From contig JBGANF010000006.1 in assembly GCA_044222475.1 (NCBI GenBank), forward strand, positions 32,001-96,000: a DNA stretch of 64,000 nt, read 5' to 3'. The notes below the pieces were generated by a model. The model had not been told where the DNA came from and did no database searches. It was given only the letters and a program-made list of their open reading frames with translations. Positions 33,000 to 40,923 of the stretch are shown here, piece by piece. The DNA comes from Polyangiaceae bacterium (GTDB lineage Bacteria; Myxococcota_A; Polyangia; Polyangiales; Polyangiaceae). How positions within the stretch are numbered: position 1 is the first letter of the stretch; every line of letters begins with the position of its first letter. Position numbers and translations under genes: made by a program.

Positions 33000-34157
33000 A
33001 TGACGACGACCCGCGACCCAGCCAAGCCCGAGGCGCCGCCCGTGCCCTTGGCCGCGCTCGCGTGGATCGCGCTCCTCACCGGGATGCTCGGGTTCGGCGG
33101 TGGGTTCGTCGTCATCGGTCGGATCCGGCGGTACGTCGTCGAAGAGCGGCGCTGGATGAACGACGATGCGTTCCTCGAGCACATGGCCATCGCGTCGGCG
33201 CTCCCGGGGACGACCGCGACCAACGCGTTCACCCTCGTCGGGTCGACGCTGCGCGGTTTCACCGGCGCGCTCGTCGCGTCCGTCGCGTTCCTGCTGCCGA
33301 GCGTCGCGCTGATGATCGTGTTCGGCGCGTTCTACGATCGCCTACGGGGGCTCACCGGTCTGACGGCGTTCTTCGAAGGCATGGGGGCGGCCGTCGCGCC
33401 GGTGGTGCTCGCCGTTGCGATCGAGCTGCGCAAGAAAGCGCTCAAGACTTCGGTCGGGTGGATCGTCGCGGCGGTGTCGTTCGGCCTCCTCGCGTTCAAG
33501 CTCGCGCCGCTCGTGGCGGTGGTGCTCGCGGCGGGGCTGTTGGGCGTAGTGCGGGCGCGCGCTTCGCTCGGCGCGCGTGGCTCCTCGATGTTCGCGCTAC
33601 AGGCCGCCGCCGCTGCGACCGTCACCGGGGTGTCGTCGTGGACGCTGTTGTGGGTCTTCGCGCGGATCGGCGTCGCCACGTTCGGCGGCGGCTACGCGAT
33701 GATCCCCGAGATCGCCCACGAGGTCGTGTCGCGGCACTGGCTCGACGAGCGCGCGTTCGCCGATGCGATCGCGTTCGGGCAGATCACGCCGGGGCCGGTC
33801 GCGATCTCGGCGACGTTCGTCGGCTATCGCGTCGACGGTTTGACGGGAGCGCTCGCGGCGTCGGCCGGGATCTTCGGGCCGCCGTTCGTGCTCTGCATGA
33901 TCGCGTCGCGGTCGTTCGGGGCGTTTCGTCACAACGTGCTCGTGCGGGGATTTCTGAGCGGCGTCGCGCCGGCGGTCGTCGGGATCGTGGCGGCGGCGGC
34001 GTTCTCGGTGGCGAGGCTCGCGATCACGGACGTGCGATCGGCGGTGCTCGCGGCGATCTGCATGGCGGTCCTCCTGGTGCGACCGAAGTTCAGCGCGATC
34101 GCGCTGCTCTTCGGTGCGGCGGCCGTCGGCTATCTGTGGAAGCGGGTGGCCCCCTGA
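33000..34157 (+). CDS. chrA: Chromate efflux transporter (long CHR family)
   Basis: Two homologous halves: GFGGG..ALPG and TFGGGYAMIP..GQITPGP. Confidence 0.9.
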   Translation: MTTTRDPAKPEAPPVPLAALAWIALLTGMLGFGGGFVVIGRIRRYVVEERRWMNDDAFLEHMAIASALPGTTATNAFTLVGSTLRGFTGALVASVAFLLPSVALMIVFGAFYDRLRGLTGLTAFFEGMGAAVAPVVLAVAIELRKKALKTSVGWIVAAVSFGLLAFKLAPLVAVVLAAGLLGVVRARASLGARGSSMFALQAAAAATVTGVSSWTLLWVFARIGVATFGGGYAMIPEIAHEVVSRHWLDERAFADAIAFGQITPGPVAISATFVGYRVDGLTGALAASAGIFGPPFVLCMIASRSFGAFRHNVLVRGFLSGVAPAVVGIVAAAAFSVARLAITDVRSAVLAAICMAVLLVRPKFSAIALLFGAAAVGYLWKRVAP

Positions 34158-34166
34158 CGGGTCTCC

Positions 34167-35015
34167 TCACCGGGCGAGCTCGGGCACGATCGGGCTCACC
34201 CCGCGCGCGCAGCAGTCCCCGTAGGCCTTCTGGCTCCCGCAGGTGCACGGGTCTTTGCTCTTGATCGGCTTCGGCGCCATCCGCCCGAAGTCTCCCGGAG
34301 GCGGGTACTTCATCGGTCGCCGCTCGCGCCCGCGCGCCTCGACCTCGCGGAAGCGATCGCGCAGGCCCGCGACCGCGCTCTCGGTGAACCAGGCTCGCGC
34401 TTCGTCTTCGAGCTTGCGGGCGCGCGCGTAGTAGCGCGCCTCGTGGTGACGGCGGTCGAGGTGGGCCACCGCGCGGTACCCTTTTGGTACCTGCACGAGC
34501 GCGTTGCCGCCGCCGAACCCGTAGGTCCCCACGTCGCGGGCGGTGCGCAGATCCCACCGGATGCCGAACAGCGCGTCGCCGAGGATCCACACGCCGACGA
34601 ACGCCCGCGCTTCGTCGAAGTTGTACTTGGCGAGGAACGTGTCTTCGTCGCTCGGTTTCACCTCCGGCGGCACTCCGTACGGGAGCCCGTAGGGGATCCC
34701 GTAGTTCGCCTTGGTGGGATCGCCGAAGCTCGCGTGGAGCAACTCGTGGAGCAGGCTCCCGAGCAGCCGCTTGTGCACGCACTCCCCGAACCGCACCGCG
34801 ACGCCGCGGTACGCCGGGTCGGCGCGGCGCTGGGCCTCCTTCCACAGCGCGTCGCCGTGGAGCTCGTAGTCGGGCTCGTAGTCGAACCCGCGCAGCACGT
34901 CGTCGCAGGCGTAGAGCGCGCTGACGCCCGCGGTGCGCTCCGCGGTGCTCAGCTTGCGCTGGCAGTCGCAGGGGCACGGGCGCTGCGCTTGGAGTGCTTG
35001 GAGGAGCGTGCGCAT
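34167..35015 (-). CDS. HExxH protein with C-terminal SEC-C motif
   Basis: N-terminal CPCDC; SLLHELLH; DPCTCGSQKAYGDCC. Confidence 0.75.
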   Translation of the reverse strand: MRTLLQALQAQRPCPCDCQRKLSTAERTAGVSALYACDDVLRGFDYEPDYELHGDALWKEAQRRADPAYRGVAVRFGECVHKRLLGSLLHELLHASFGDPTKANYGIPYGLPYGVPPEVKPSDEDTFLAKYNFDEARAFVGVWILGDALFGIRWDLRTARDVGTYGFGGGNALVQVPKGYRAVAHLDRRHHEARYYARARKLEDEARAWFTESAVAGLRDRFREVEARGRERRPMKYPPPGDFGRMAPKPIKSKDPCTCGSQKAYGDCCARGVSPIVPELAR

Positions 35016-35045
35016 CGACGCCGAATGCTAGCCACGCGCGATCTC

Positions 35046-35129
35046 CCCGTAAACGTGAACGTGCCCGTGCCCGTACACGATCGCGACGCTTCCTTCGTGC
35101 ACGGGCACGGGCACGTTCACGTTTACGGG
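35046..35129. repeat. 35-bp-arm hexamer-repeat palindrome
   Basis: CCCGTAAACGTGAACGTGCCCGTGCCCGTACACGA-N14-TCGTGCACGGGCACGGGCACGTTCACGTTTACGGG, one mismatch. Confidence 0.85.
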
Positions 35130-35138
35130 AGAGTGCAG

Positions 35139-37451
35139 TCAGTTAGGCGAACCCAGGCCGCAGAAGCCGCCCAGGCACTTGTAGCCCGCGTTGACCCCGC
35201 AGCAGTCGCCGTCGCTCGAGCACTTCTCGAACTCCTGCGCGCATCCGCCCGGCTTGTCGGTGCAGACGAGCCCGCCGCCGTCGCCCACGACGCGGCAGAA
35301 GCCGTTGCAGCACTCGTCACCGGTCTCGCACGTGTTGCCGTTGGGCTGGCAGGGATCGGTCACCCAGAACGCGCGCATGTTGCCCGCGTTGATCTCCTGA
35401 CCCGGGAGGTAGAACGCCGGGTGCGACGGATCCACGCCGGGCTTCGCGTTGGCGTCGATGGCCGCGACCCAGAGCTTCTTCGTGATCGGGTAGGTGCCAT
35501 CGCCGTTGCCGTAGGGGTCGCCGGTGGCAACGTTGCCGTAGAGGCGTCGCGACGTGAAGACGACCCAGTAGTACCCGCCCGACGCGACCGGGTTCACGGT
35601 GGGCTCGTAGTTGAGCTTCGCGTCCGCCGGGTGGAGCCCGTTCGTCGGGAGGTAGCTCGCGCTCTGCGGATCGAGCCCGTTCATCAGGTTCATCCGGATG
35701 GCGCTCGGGTTGCCGACCTTCGGCGCGGTCGTGTACCAGAGCTCCGCCTCGGCCTTGAACCACGTCGCGATCTCGCAGTCGGTGCAGGTGCCCTTGGTGA
35801 CCGTGTTGTGGAACACCACGCCCGCCGCGTCCGGCGTGAACGACGGCCACGCTGGCCACTTGTTCGCGTCGCGGTAGAGCTCCTTCAAGTTCGAGAACGT
35901 GTACGGCGGGGCGCCGCACTTCGTCGAGCTCTGGGGCGCGCCGCAGTCGAAGTCCATGATCGCGAGCGAGTGGCCCGCGCCGTTCGTGACGTTGTTCGCT
36001 CCCGCGCCCTCCCAGAAGTTGAAGGAGACGCGGCGGCCGTCCGGCGAGAACGTCGGGGTGACGGCGCTGGTGACGCCCGTCAGCCCGTTGGCGGCGATCT
36101 TGTTGCCGTTGCTGCGGGCGAACAACGCCGAGTCGAGGCCGTTGTGCTCGCGGGCGTGACGCGAGTTCGAGAACGCCATCGTCCCATCGGGGTACACGCC
36201 GGACCAGAGGAACTTCCGATCGTTGGCGGTGTTGTCGGGCGCGTTGCCGACGTAGTTCGCGATGAGCTGACCGTTCTTCGTCATGTCGTACGACGAGTTC
36301 GGCGCGTAGTAGATGCTGTTGTCGATCAGCGACGACGACACCTGGGTGTAGAGCGTCGAGCCGTCGGCGCTGAGCTGATGGCAGACGTGGCACTGACCCT
36401 TGAGCGAAGGCACGGCGAGGGTCGGCGCGTAGTCGCCGGGCTTGATCGCGAGCACCGCCCCGGTCGAGATGGTGTTGTTCTGCGAGTTGAGGCGCGAGTT
36501 GTACGAGTTGTAATAGACGGTGCCCTTCAGCGAGCCCTTCGCGACCGTCCAGTCCTCGGAGATGGGACCCCACACCGTCGTGCCGTCGCTCACGTAGACG
36601 TCGACGTGCAGCGGGTCGCCGCCGTTGCCGACGAGCGCCTTCCTCCACGCGATCGGATCGACCGGCTCGTTCACGATGTTCGTGCCGCCGTAGAAGCCGT
36701 CGAACGTGAAGCTCTTCTGCGAGAGGTGCACGCGGACCGAGGTCGCGGCATGCGTCGTCTGCCACTGGAGGAGCGGTGCGAGGATCCCGCGCGGCCACAC
36801 CGTCTTGTCGTACGGGTAGAGGAAGCCGAGCTCTTGCGCGTTCGCCGGCTTCTGCGCCGCGCCGAGGAGCGTCTGCTTGACGCCGTTCGACACCGCCGGG
36901 CCGGGGCCGCTGCCACCGACGCCGCCGTAGCCGCCGGCTCCGCCGTCGGGCACGTTGCCGTTCGGGTTCGGACCGTTCTGCGTCATCTTCATGCGTACCG
37001 TCAGCGAGGTCGTCGCCTTGAGGCTGCCGAACGTCGCGGTCACCGTGCCGGTGCCGCTCGCGTTCCCGCTGGCGGTGAAGACGCCGGTCGCGGGGACGAG
37101 CGTGCCGAGCTCACCGCGGTCGAGCGAGAAGCTCGCCGTCACCTTCGTGTTGTTGTCGCCGAGGGCGACGAAGGTGATCGGCACCGTCGAGACGACGCCG
37201 TCGTCGATCGTCACGTCGACCACTGGATCGAGCGGCTGGATCTTGATTGCCCCAACTTGCCCAGCATCGCCGGGGTTGAACGCTCCATCGAAGTCGGTGA
37301 TCGAGCCGTCGTCGGTCGAGCCGTCGGGTTGCTCGGGGAACACGTTGTTGCCCGGATCGTCGGCGCAGCCCGCGATTTGCGCGGATCCCCAGGTCAAGCC
37401 TGCGGCGAGCGCGGCGAGGGTGACGTAGCGGTAGAGCTTCGGGAAGGGCAT
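35139..37451 (-). CDS. Large lipoprotein: Ig-like region, TolB-like propeller and Cys-rich C-terminal modules
   Basis: Lipobox IAGC; PTFSPDG and WPSFTPD repeats; C-terminal C-x6-C-x5-CC modules. Confidence 0.8.
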   Translation of the reverse strand: MPFPKLYRYVTLAALAAGLTWGSAQIAGCADDPGNNVFPEQPDGSTDDGSITDFDGAFNPGDAGQVGAIKIQPLDPVVDVTIDDGVVSTVPITFVALGDNNTKVTASFSLDRGELGTLVPATGVFTASGNASGTGTVTATFGSLKATTSLTVRMKMTQNGPNPNGNVPDGGAGGYGGVGGSGPGPAVSNGVKQTLLGAAQKPANAQELGFLYPYDKTVWPRGILAPLLQWQTTHAATSVRVHLSQKSFTFDGFYGGTNIVNEPVDPIAWRKALVGNGGDPLHVDVYVSDGTTVWGPISEDWTVAKGSLKGTVYYNSYNSRLNSQNNTISTGAVLAIKPGDYAPTLAVPSLKGQCHVCHQLSADGSTLYTQVSSSLIDNSIYYAPNSSYDMTKNGQLIANYVGNAPDNTANDRKFLWSGVYPDGTMAFSNSRHAREHNGLDSALFARSNGNKIAANGLTGVTSAVTPTFSPDGRRVSFNFWEGAGANNVTNGAGHSLAIMDFDCGAPQSSTKCGAPPYTFSNLKELYRDANKWPAWPSFTPDAAGVVFHNTVTKGTCTDCEIATWFKAEAELWYTTAPKVGNPSAIRMNLMNGLDPQSASYLPTNGLHPADAKLNYEPTVNPVASGGYYWVVFTSRRLYGNVATGDPYGNGDGTYPITKKLWVAAIDANAKPGVDPSHPAFYLPGQEINAGNMRAFWVTDPCQPNGNTCETGDECCNGFCRVVGDGGGLVCTDKPGGCAQEFEKCSSDGDCCGVNAGYKCLGGFCGLGSPN

Positions 37452-37552
37452 GGCATCCGTCCGGGGTGAAAGTTTCCGCCCCGCGCATAGCACGAACGGT
37501 GCCAGGGTGCATCGATGCGTAACGGCGTTCCGTCGATCGGAAAAGACGAATT

Positions 37553-37592
37553 CGGGGGAGTGTGGAACGGGAACTGGAATGGGAATGGGAGA
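37553..37592. repeat. Half hexamer-repeat tract (GGAA-N-G type)
   Basis: GGAACGGGAACTGGAATGGGAATGGGA. Confidence 0.45.
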
Positions 37593-37604
37593 GACAAAAT
37601 GCGA

Positions 37605-37634
37605 AAAAGCCTGCTCGTCGCCGAGCAGGCTTTT
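37605..37634 (-). terminator. Intrinsic terminator, potentially bidirectional
   Basis: AAAAGCCTGCTCG-tcgc-CGAGCAGGCTTTT, downstream of the DUF1508 gene. Confidence 0.85.
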
Positions 37635-37651
37635 CGTGGGTCAGTCCGAGA

Positions 37652-38455
37652 TCAGTTCGCGGTCTCGGAGACGCCGTCCTTGAGGATGTTGACGATCGCG
37701 TCGACGCCGCGCGAGGCGTTCGACTTCGAGACGTAGCTCTCACCGCGGGCGATGATCTGGCCGTTCGCCGCGACGAGGCGGATGGCGTACTCGCCGTCGA
37801 CCGTGTTGATGATCTGGAAGCGCGCGGTGTTCGTGCCGTTCGTCTTGACCGACTCGATGCCGTTGAGCGCCGACGACTTCGCCGTGTACGCCTGCGAGCC
37901 GAGGACGATCTCGCCGTTGCCCGCGCGGAGGCGGAAGTAGACCTTCTTGTCCTCGCCGGTGAAGACCTCGAAGCGCTCGCGCTTGACCGCGGGCGTCGAC
38001 TCCGGCTGCGCGCCGGTGAGGAGGAGGAGCTTGCGAACCGTCGTCGCCGCGCGCGTCGCGTTCGACTTGGTGCTGTAGGTCTCGCTGGTCGCGACGATCT
38101 CGTTGTTGGCGGCGACGATGTTGAAGTAGTACTCGCCGTTCTTCGCGAGCTTCACGTCGTACGCGCCCGAGTCGACACCGGCGGCGGTGACGGCGGCGAT
38201 GCCGGAGGCTGCGCCCTGAGCCGTCTTGTAGCCCTCCGAGCGGAGGACGTTCTGGCCGTTGCCGGCCACGAAGTCGAAGTAGTGCTGGCCATCCATCCCG
38301 ACGAAGGTCTCGAAGTGGGCGCTACGCGAGACAATCTCCGCGTCGCTGTCTTCCACTTGTGCTTCGTCACCCACTTGAGCGCTGCATCCGACGGCGAAGG
38401 TGGAAGCGGCGAGGGCGAGAGCAAGCAGACCCGAACGAACGATGTTGAACGACAT
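37652..38455 (-). CDS. Lipoprotein with four DUF1508 (YegP-like) repeats
   Basis: Lipobox FAVGC; four repeats of 'Y-F-x-[FIL]-x-A-x-NG[QE]-I-x-x-S-[EQ]-x-Y-x-x-K-x-x-A'. Confidence 0.85.
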   Translation of the reverse strand: MSFNIVRSGLLALALAASTFAVGCSAQVGDEAQVEDSDAEIVSRSAHFETFVGMDGQHYFDFVAGNGQNVLRSEGYKTAQGAASGIAAVTAAGVDSGAYDVKLAKNGEYYFNIVAANNEIVATSETYSTKSNATRAATTVRKLLLLTGAQPESTPAVKRERFEVFTGEDKKVYFRLRAGNGEIVLGSQAYTAKSSALNGIESVKTNGTNTARFQIINTVDGEYAIRLVAANGQIIARGESYVSKSNASRGVDAIVNILKDGVSETAN

Positions 38456-38609
38456 GACAGACTCCGATGAACCAAACTCCTTACGAGAAAAAACACCGGG
38501 GGGAGCAGCGAGGTGAATGGACGCTGCAGCCGATGGGGCCCCCGACCGACGAGCCATGTTGGCCTTCGTCTTCGGGCACCTTTCGCGCGGTTTCCCGCGA
38601 CGCACACCC

Positions 38610-38638
38610 TATGTAACTCAGGGCTTATGTAGGTGCAA
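38610..38638 (-). promoter_or_regulatory. Sigma70-like promoter for the DUF1508 lipoprotein
   Basis: TTGCAC-N17-TACATA on the minus strand, with an AT-rich tract upstream. Confidence 0.5.
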
Positions 38639-38688
38639 GTGGTATTTTTGACGCCATGTACGTTTTTCATTCGGACCGCAGATTCCGC

Positions 38689-38714
38689 GTAACTGACGGG
38701 CGGCTCCGGGCGTA
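38689..38714 (+). promoter_or_regulatory. ECF-sigma-type promoter for the YceI-precursor-MNIO operon
   Basis: GTAACT-N16-CGTA, 30 bp upstream of ATG 38745, with a GAGGGAG RBS in between. Confidence 0.5.
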
Positions 38715-38744
38715 GGTACCGGCAACTCGGAGGGAGAACCGTTC

Positions 38745-39545
38745 ATGCGCCGACTCGCGCTGCTCGTCACCGTACTGTCCATTCCTGTCGTCGTCCTCGC
38801 GTGCTCGAAGGACGAACCGAAGCCCGCCATCTTGGCCGAGAGCGCCTCGGCGTTGGTCGCCGCGGCGCCGCCGAAGAGCGCGAAGGTCATGCCCTATGCG
38901 ATCGACGCTGCGAGCAAGACCAGCATCGACATGCCCGCACCGAACGAGCACATCAAGGCCGACACGTCTGCGGCCGCGGGCAAGCTCGACGTCGACCTGA
39001 TGAACGTCGAGAACTCGCGTGGCGAGGTGAAGATCGATCTCACGACCCTCACCACGCACACCTTCGACGATGCCGACAAGAACACGTCGCAGACGACCCA
39101 CTCGCACAACTGGCTCGAGGTCGGTGACCTCGTCGACGCGCAGACGAAGGAGGCGAACAAGTACGCCGTCTTCGCGATCCAGTCGGTCGACGGCGCGAGC
39201 GCGAAGGACGTCTCGAAGGTGGCGCCGGTGAAGGAAGGTGGAGACGATGTGCGCACCGTGACGCTCACGGCTCACGGCGAGTTCCTCGTGCACGGCCACA
39301 AGGTGAAGAAGGACGTCCCGTTGGAGGTGAAGTTCCACTCGCCGGCCGGAAGCGCGCCGGATGCGCAACCAACCCGCATCGACGTGCGTACCACCTCCCC
39401 GATGAAGGTGCTTTTGGCCGAGCACGACGTGAAGCCCCGAGATAACTTTGGGAAGCTCGCCCAGAAGTCCTTCAACCTGCTCGGAACGAAGGTGGCCGAA
39501 ACCGCCGACGTGACTCTCGACCTCCACTTCAACGCCGCCAAGTGA
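38745..39545 (+). CDS. YceI-like lipoprotein
   Basis: Lipobox VLAC; GKLDVDL..SRGEVKIDLTTL, HSHNWLE, GEFLVHG..K, VTLDL. Confidence 0.75.
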   Translation: MRRLALLVTVLSIPVVVLACSKDEPKPAILAESASALVAAAPPKSAKVMPYAIDAASKTSIDMPAPNEHIKADTSAAAGKLDVDLMNVENSRGEVKIDLTTLTTHTFDDADKNTSQTTHSHNWLEVGDLVDAQTKEANKYAVFAIQSVDGASAKDVSKVAPVKEGGDDVRTVTLTAHGEFLVHGHKVKKDVPLEVKFHSPAGSAPDAQPTRIDVRTTSPMKVLLAEHDVKPRDNFGKLAQKSFNLLGTKVAETADVTLDLHFNAAK

Positions 39546-39568
39546 TGCCCGCTTCAAGGAGAACTCTC

Positions 39569-40048
39569 ATGCGTCCGAATCTCTCGCTCACGAACATCGC
39601 CTCGACCCTCGCCGTCCTCGGAACCTCGGCGGTGCTCCTCGCATGCGGAGGCGGCGACAAGCCGGCGGCGTCGCCGGCCGGCGCGACGGACGTCACCGCG
39701 TCGCCGACGAAAGCGGCCGGGCAGGGCTCGTGCTCCGCGAACGGTTGCGGCGCGAACGCCAAAGGCGACGACGCCACGAAACCGGGCGATGGCGCCGCGG
39801 CCGGAACCGGCTCGACGGCGAGCCCGACCCCGACCACCGCGGCCCCGACCGCGACGGCCACGACCGCTGCGACGACTCCGCCCGCCATCGCCGCGGCGCC
39901 GAAGGATCCCAAAGCAGCCCCGGTCGCGACCACGACCTCGGCACCGAAGCCTCCGGTCACGCCGCCGAAGACCGGCACCGGCACGAAGCCGACCGGCCAG
40001 GCGAGCTGCGGTGCGGGCACGTGCGGGACCGATACCAAAAAGAAGTGA
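39569..40048 (+). CDS. Putative MNIO RiPP precursor (lipoprotein with two CxxxxCG motifs)
   Basis: AAGGAG RBS; lipobox LLAC; GQGSCSANGCG and GQASCGAGTCG separated by a T/A/P/K linker; its stop overlaps the MNIO start (GTGA). Confidence 0.75.
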   Translation: MRPNLSLTNIASTLAVLGTSAVLLACGGGDKPAASPAGATDVTASPTKAAGQGSCSANGCGANAKGDDATKPGDGAAAGTGSTASPTPTTAAPTATATTAATTPPAIAAAPKDPKAAPVATTTSAPKPPVTPPKTGTGTKPTGQASCGAGTCGTDTKKK

Positions 40049-40899
40049 GAGGCGTAGGCCTCGGGCTGCGCTGGGAGTTCATCGACGCGTTGTGCGCCGA
40101 CCTCCCGGCGCTTCCTTTTCTGGAGATCAGCCCGGAGAACTACATGGGGCGCGGCGGCTACTACCGCGCCGCGCTCGAGTTCCTCGCCGACAAGTACCCG
40201 ATCGTCACTCACGGGCTGACGATGTCCCTGGGTGGTACCGACCCGCTCGACGAGAAGTACCTCGCCGAGCTGCGCGAGTTCATCGCGCAGGTGCGCTCCC
40301 CGTGGCACTCCGATCACCTGTGCTTCGGGAGCGCGCGCGGCGTGCGGCTGCACGACCTCTTGCCGATCCGCTTCTCGGAGGACGCGGTGGTTCGCGTCGC
40401 CGACCGCGTGCGCCGCGCCCAGGACGCGATCGGCGTTCCGATGGCGGTCGAGAACATCAGCTTCTACGTGCACCCCGGTCGCAAGGAGATGAGCGAGGCC
40501 GAGTTCGTCGCTCGAGTGTGCGAGCGCGCCGACTGCGGCCTCATGCTCGACGTCAACAACGCGTGGGTGAACTCGCAGAACTTCGGCTTCGACCTCGACG
40601 CGTGGATGAACACCGTGCCGCTCTCGCGCGTGGTGCAGATCCACGTCGCGGGGCCCGATCGATTCGCCGAGAAGGACTTCGTGCCCGGTGCGCCGCGCGA
40701 GGCCACGGTGCTCCTCGACACGCACGGATCGAACGTCCCCGATCCCGTCGTGGCGCTGCTCGAGCGCGTGCTACCTAGGACCGGTCCGGTGCCGGTCCTG
40801 CTCGAGCGCGATCGCGCGATCCCCCCGCTGCCCGAGCTCCTCACCGAGGTCGCTCGGCTCCAAGCGGCGTACGATCGCGCGTTTGCTCCGCCGCGCTGA
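40045..40899 (+). CDS. DUF692 multinuclear non-heme iron oxidative enzyme (MNIO)
   Basis: GVGLGLR, EISPENY, HGLTMSLGG, SDHLC, HDLLP, VENIS, LDVNN, QIHVAG, DTHG, LERD. Confidence 0.95.
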   Translation: MRGVGLGLRWEFIDALCADLPALPFLEISPENYMGRGGYYRAALEFLADKYPIVTHGLTMSLGGTDPLDEKYLAELREFIAQVRSPWHSDHLCFGSARGVRLHDLLPIRFSEDAVVRVADRVRRAQDAIGVPMAVENISFYVHPGRKEMSEAEFVARVCERADCGLMLDVNNAWVNSQNFGFDLDAWMNTVPLSRVVQIHVAGPDRFAEKDFVPGAPREATVLLDTHGSNVPDPVVALLERVLPRTGPVPVLLERDRAIPPLPELLTEVARLQAAYDRAFAPPR

Positions 40900-40923
40900 C
40901 CGAGCTGGTACTCTGCCGGCCGG

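Noticed and set aside
32395..35129. CRISPR array
   Set aside because: The repeats are short tandem hexamers in palindromes with no repeat-spacer periodicity; no cas genes
34443..37469. Long antisense ORFs (this 1008-aa ORF and most of 54034-57363, 21096-23066, 44175-46472)
   Set aside because: Mirror or alternate frames of real genes, produced by high GC3; no motifs
38540..38600. c-di-GMP-I riboswitch call
   Set aside because: Only partial similarity (GGAAAC..GAAA..GACG); the P2/P3 pairing is not convincing, so it is kept only as a generic leader
38680..38720. c-di-AMP (ydaO) riboswitch suggested by CCCGTCAG on the minus strand
   Set aside because: The other conserved blocks are absent; better explained as an ECF promoter on the plus strand
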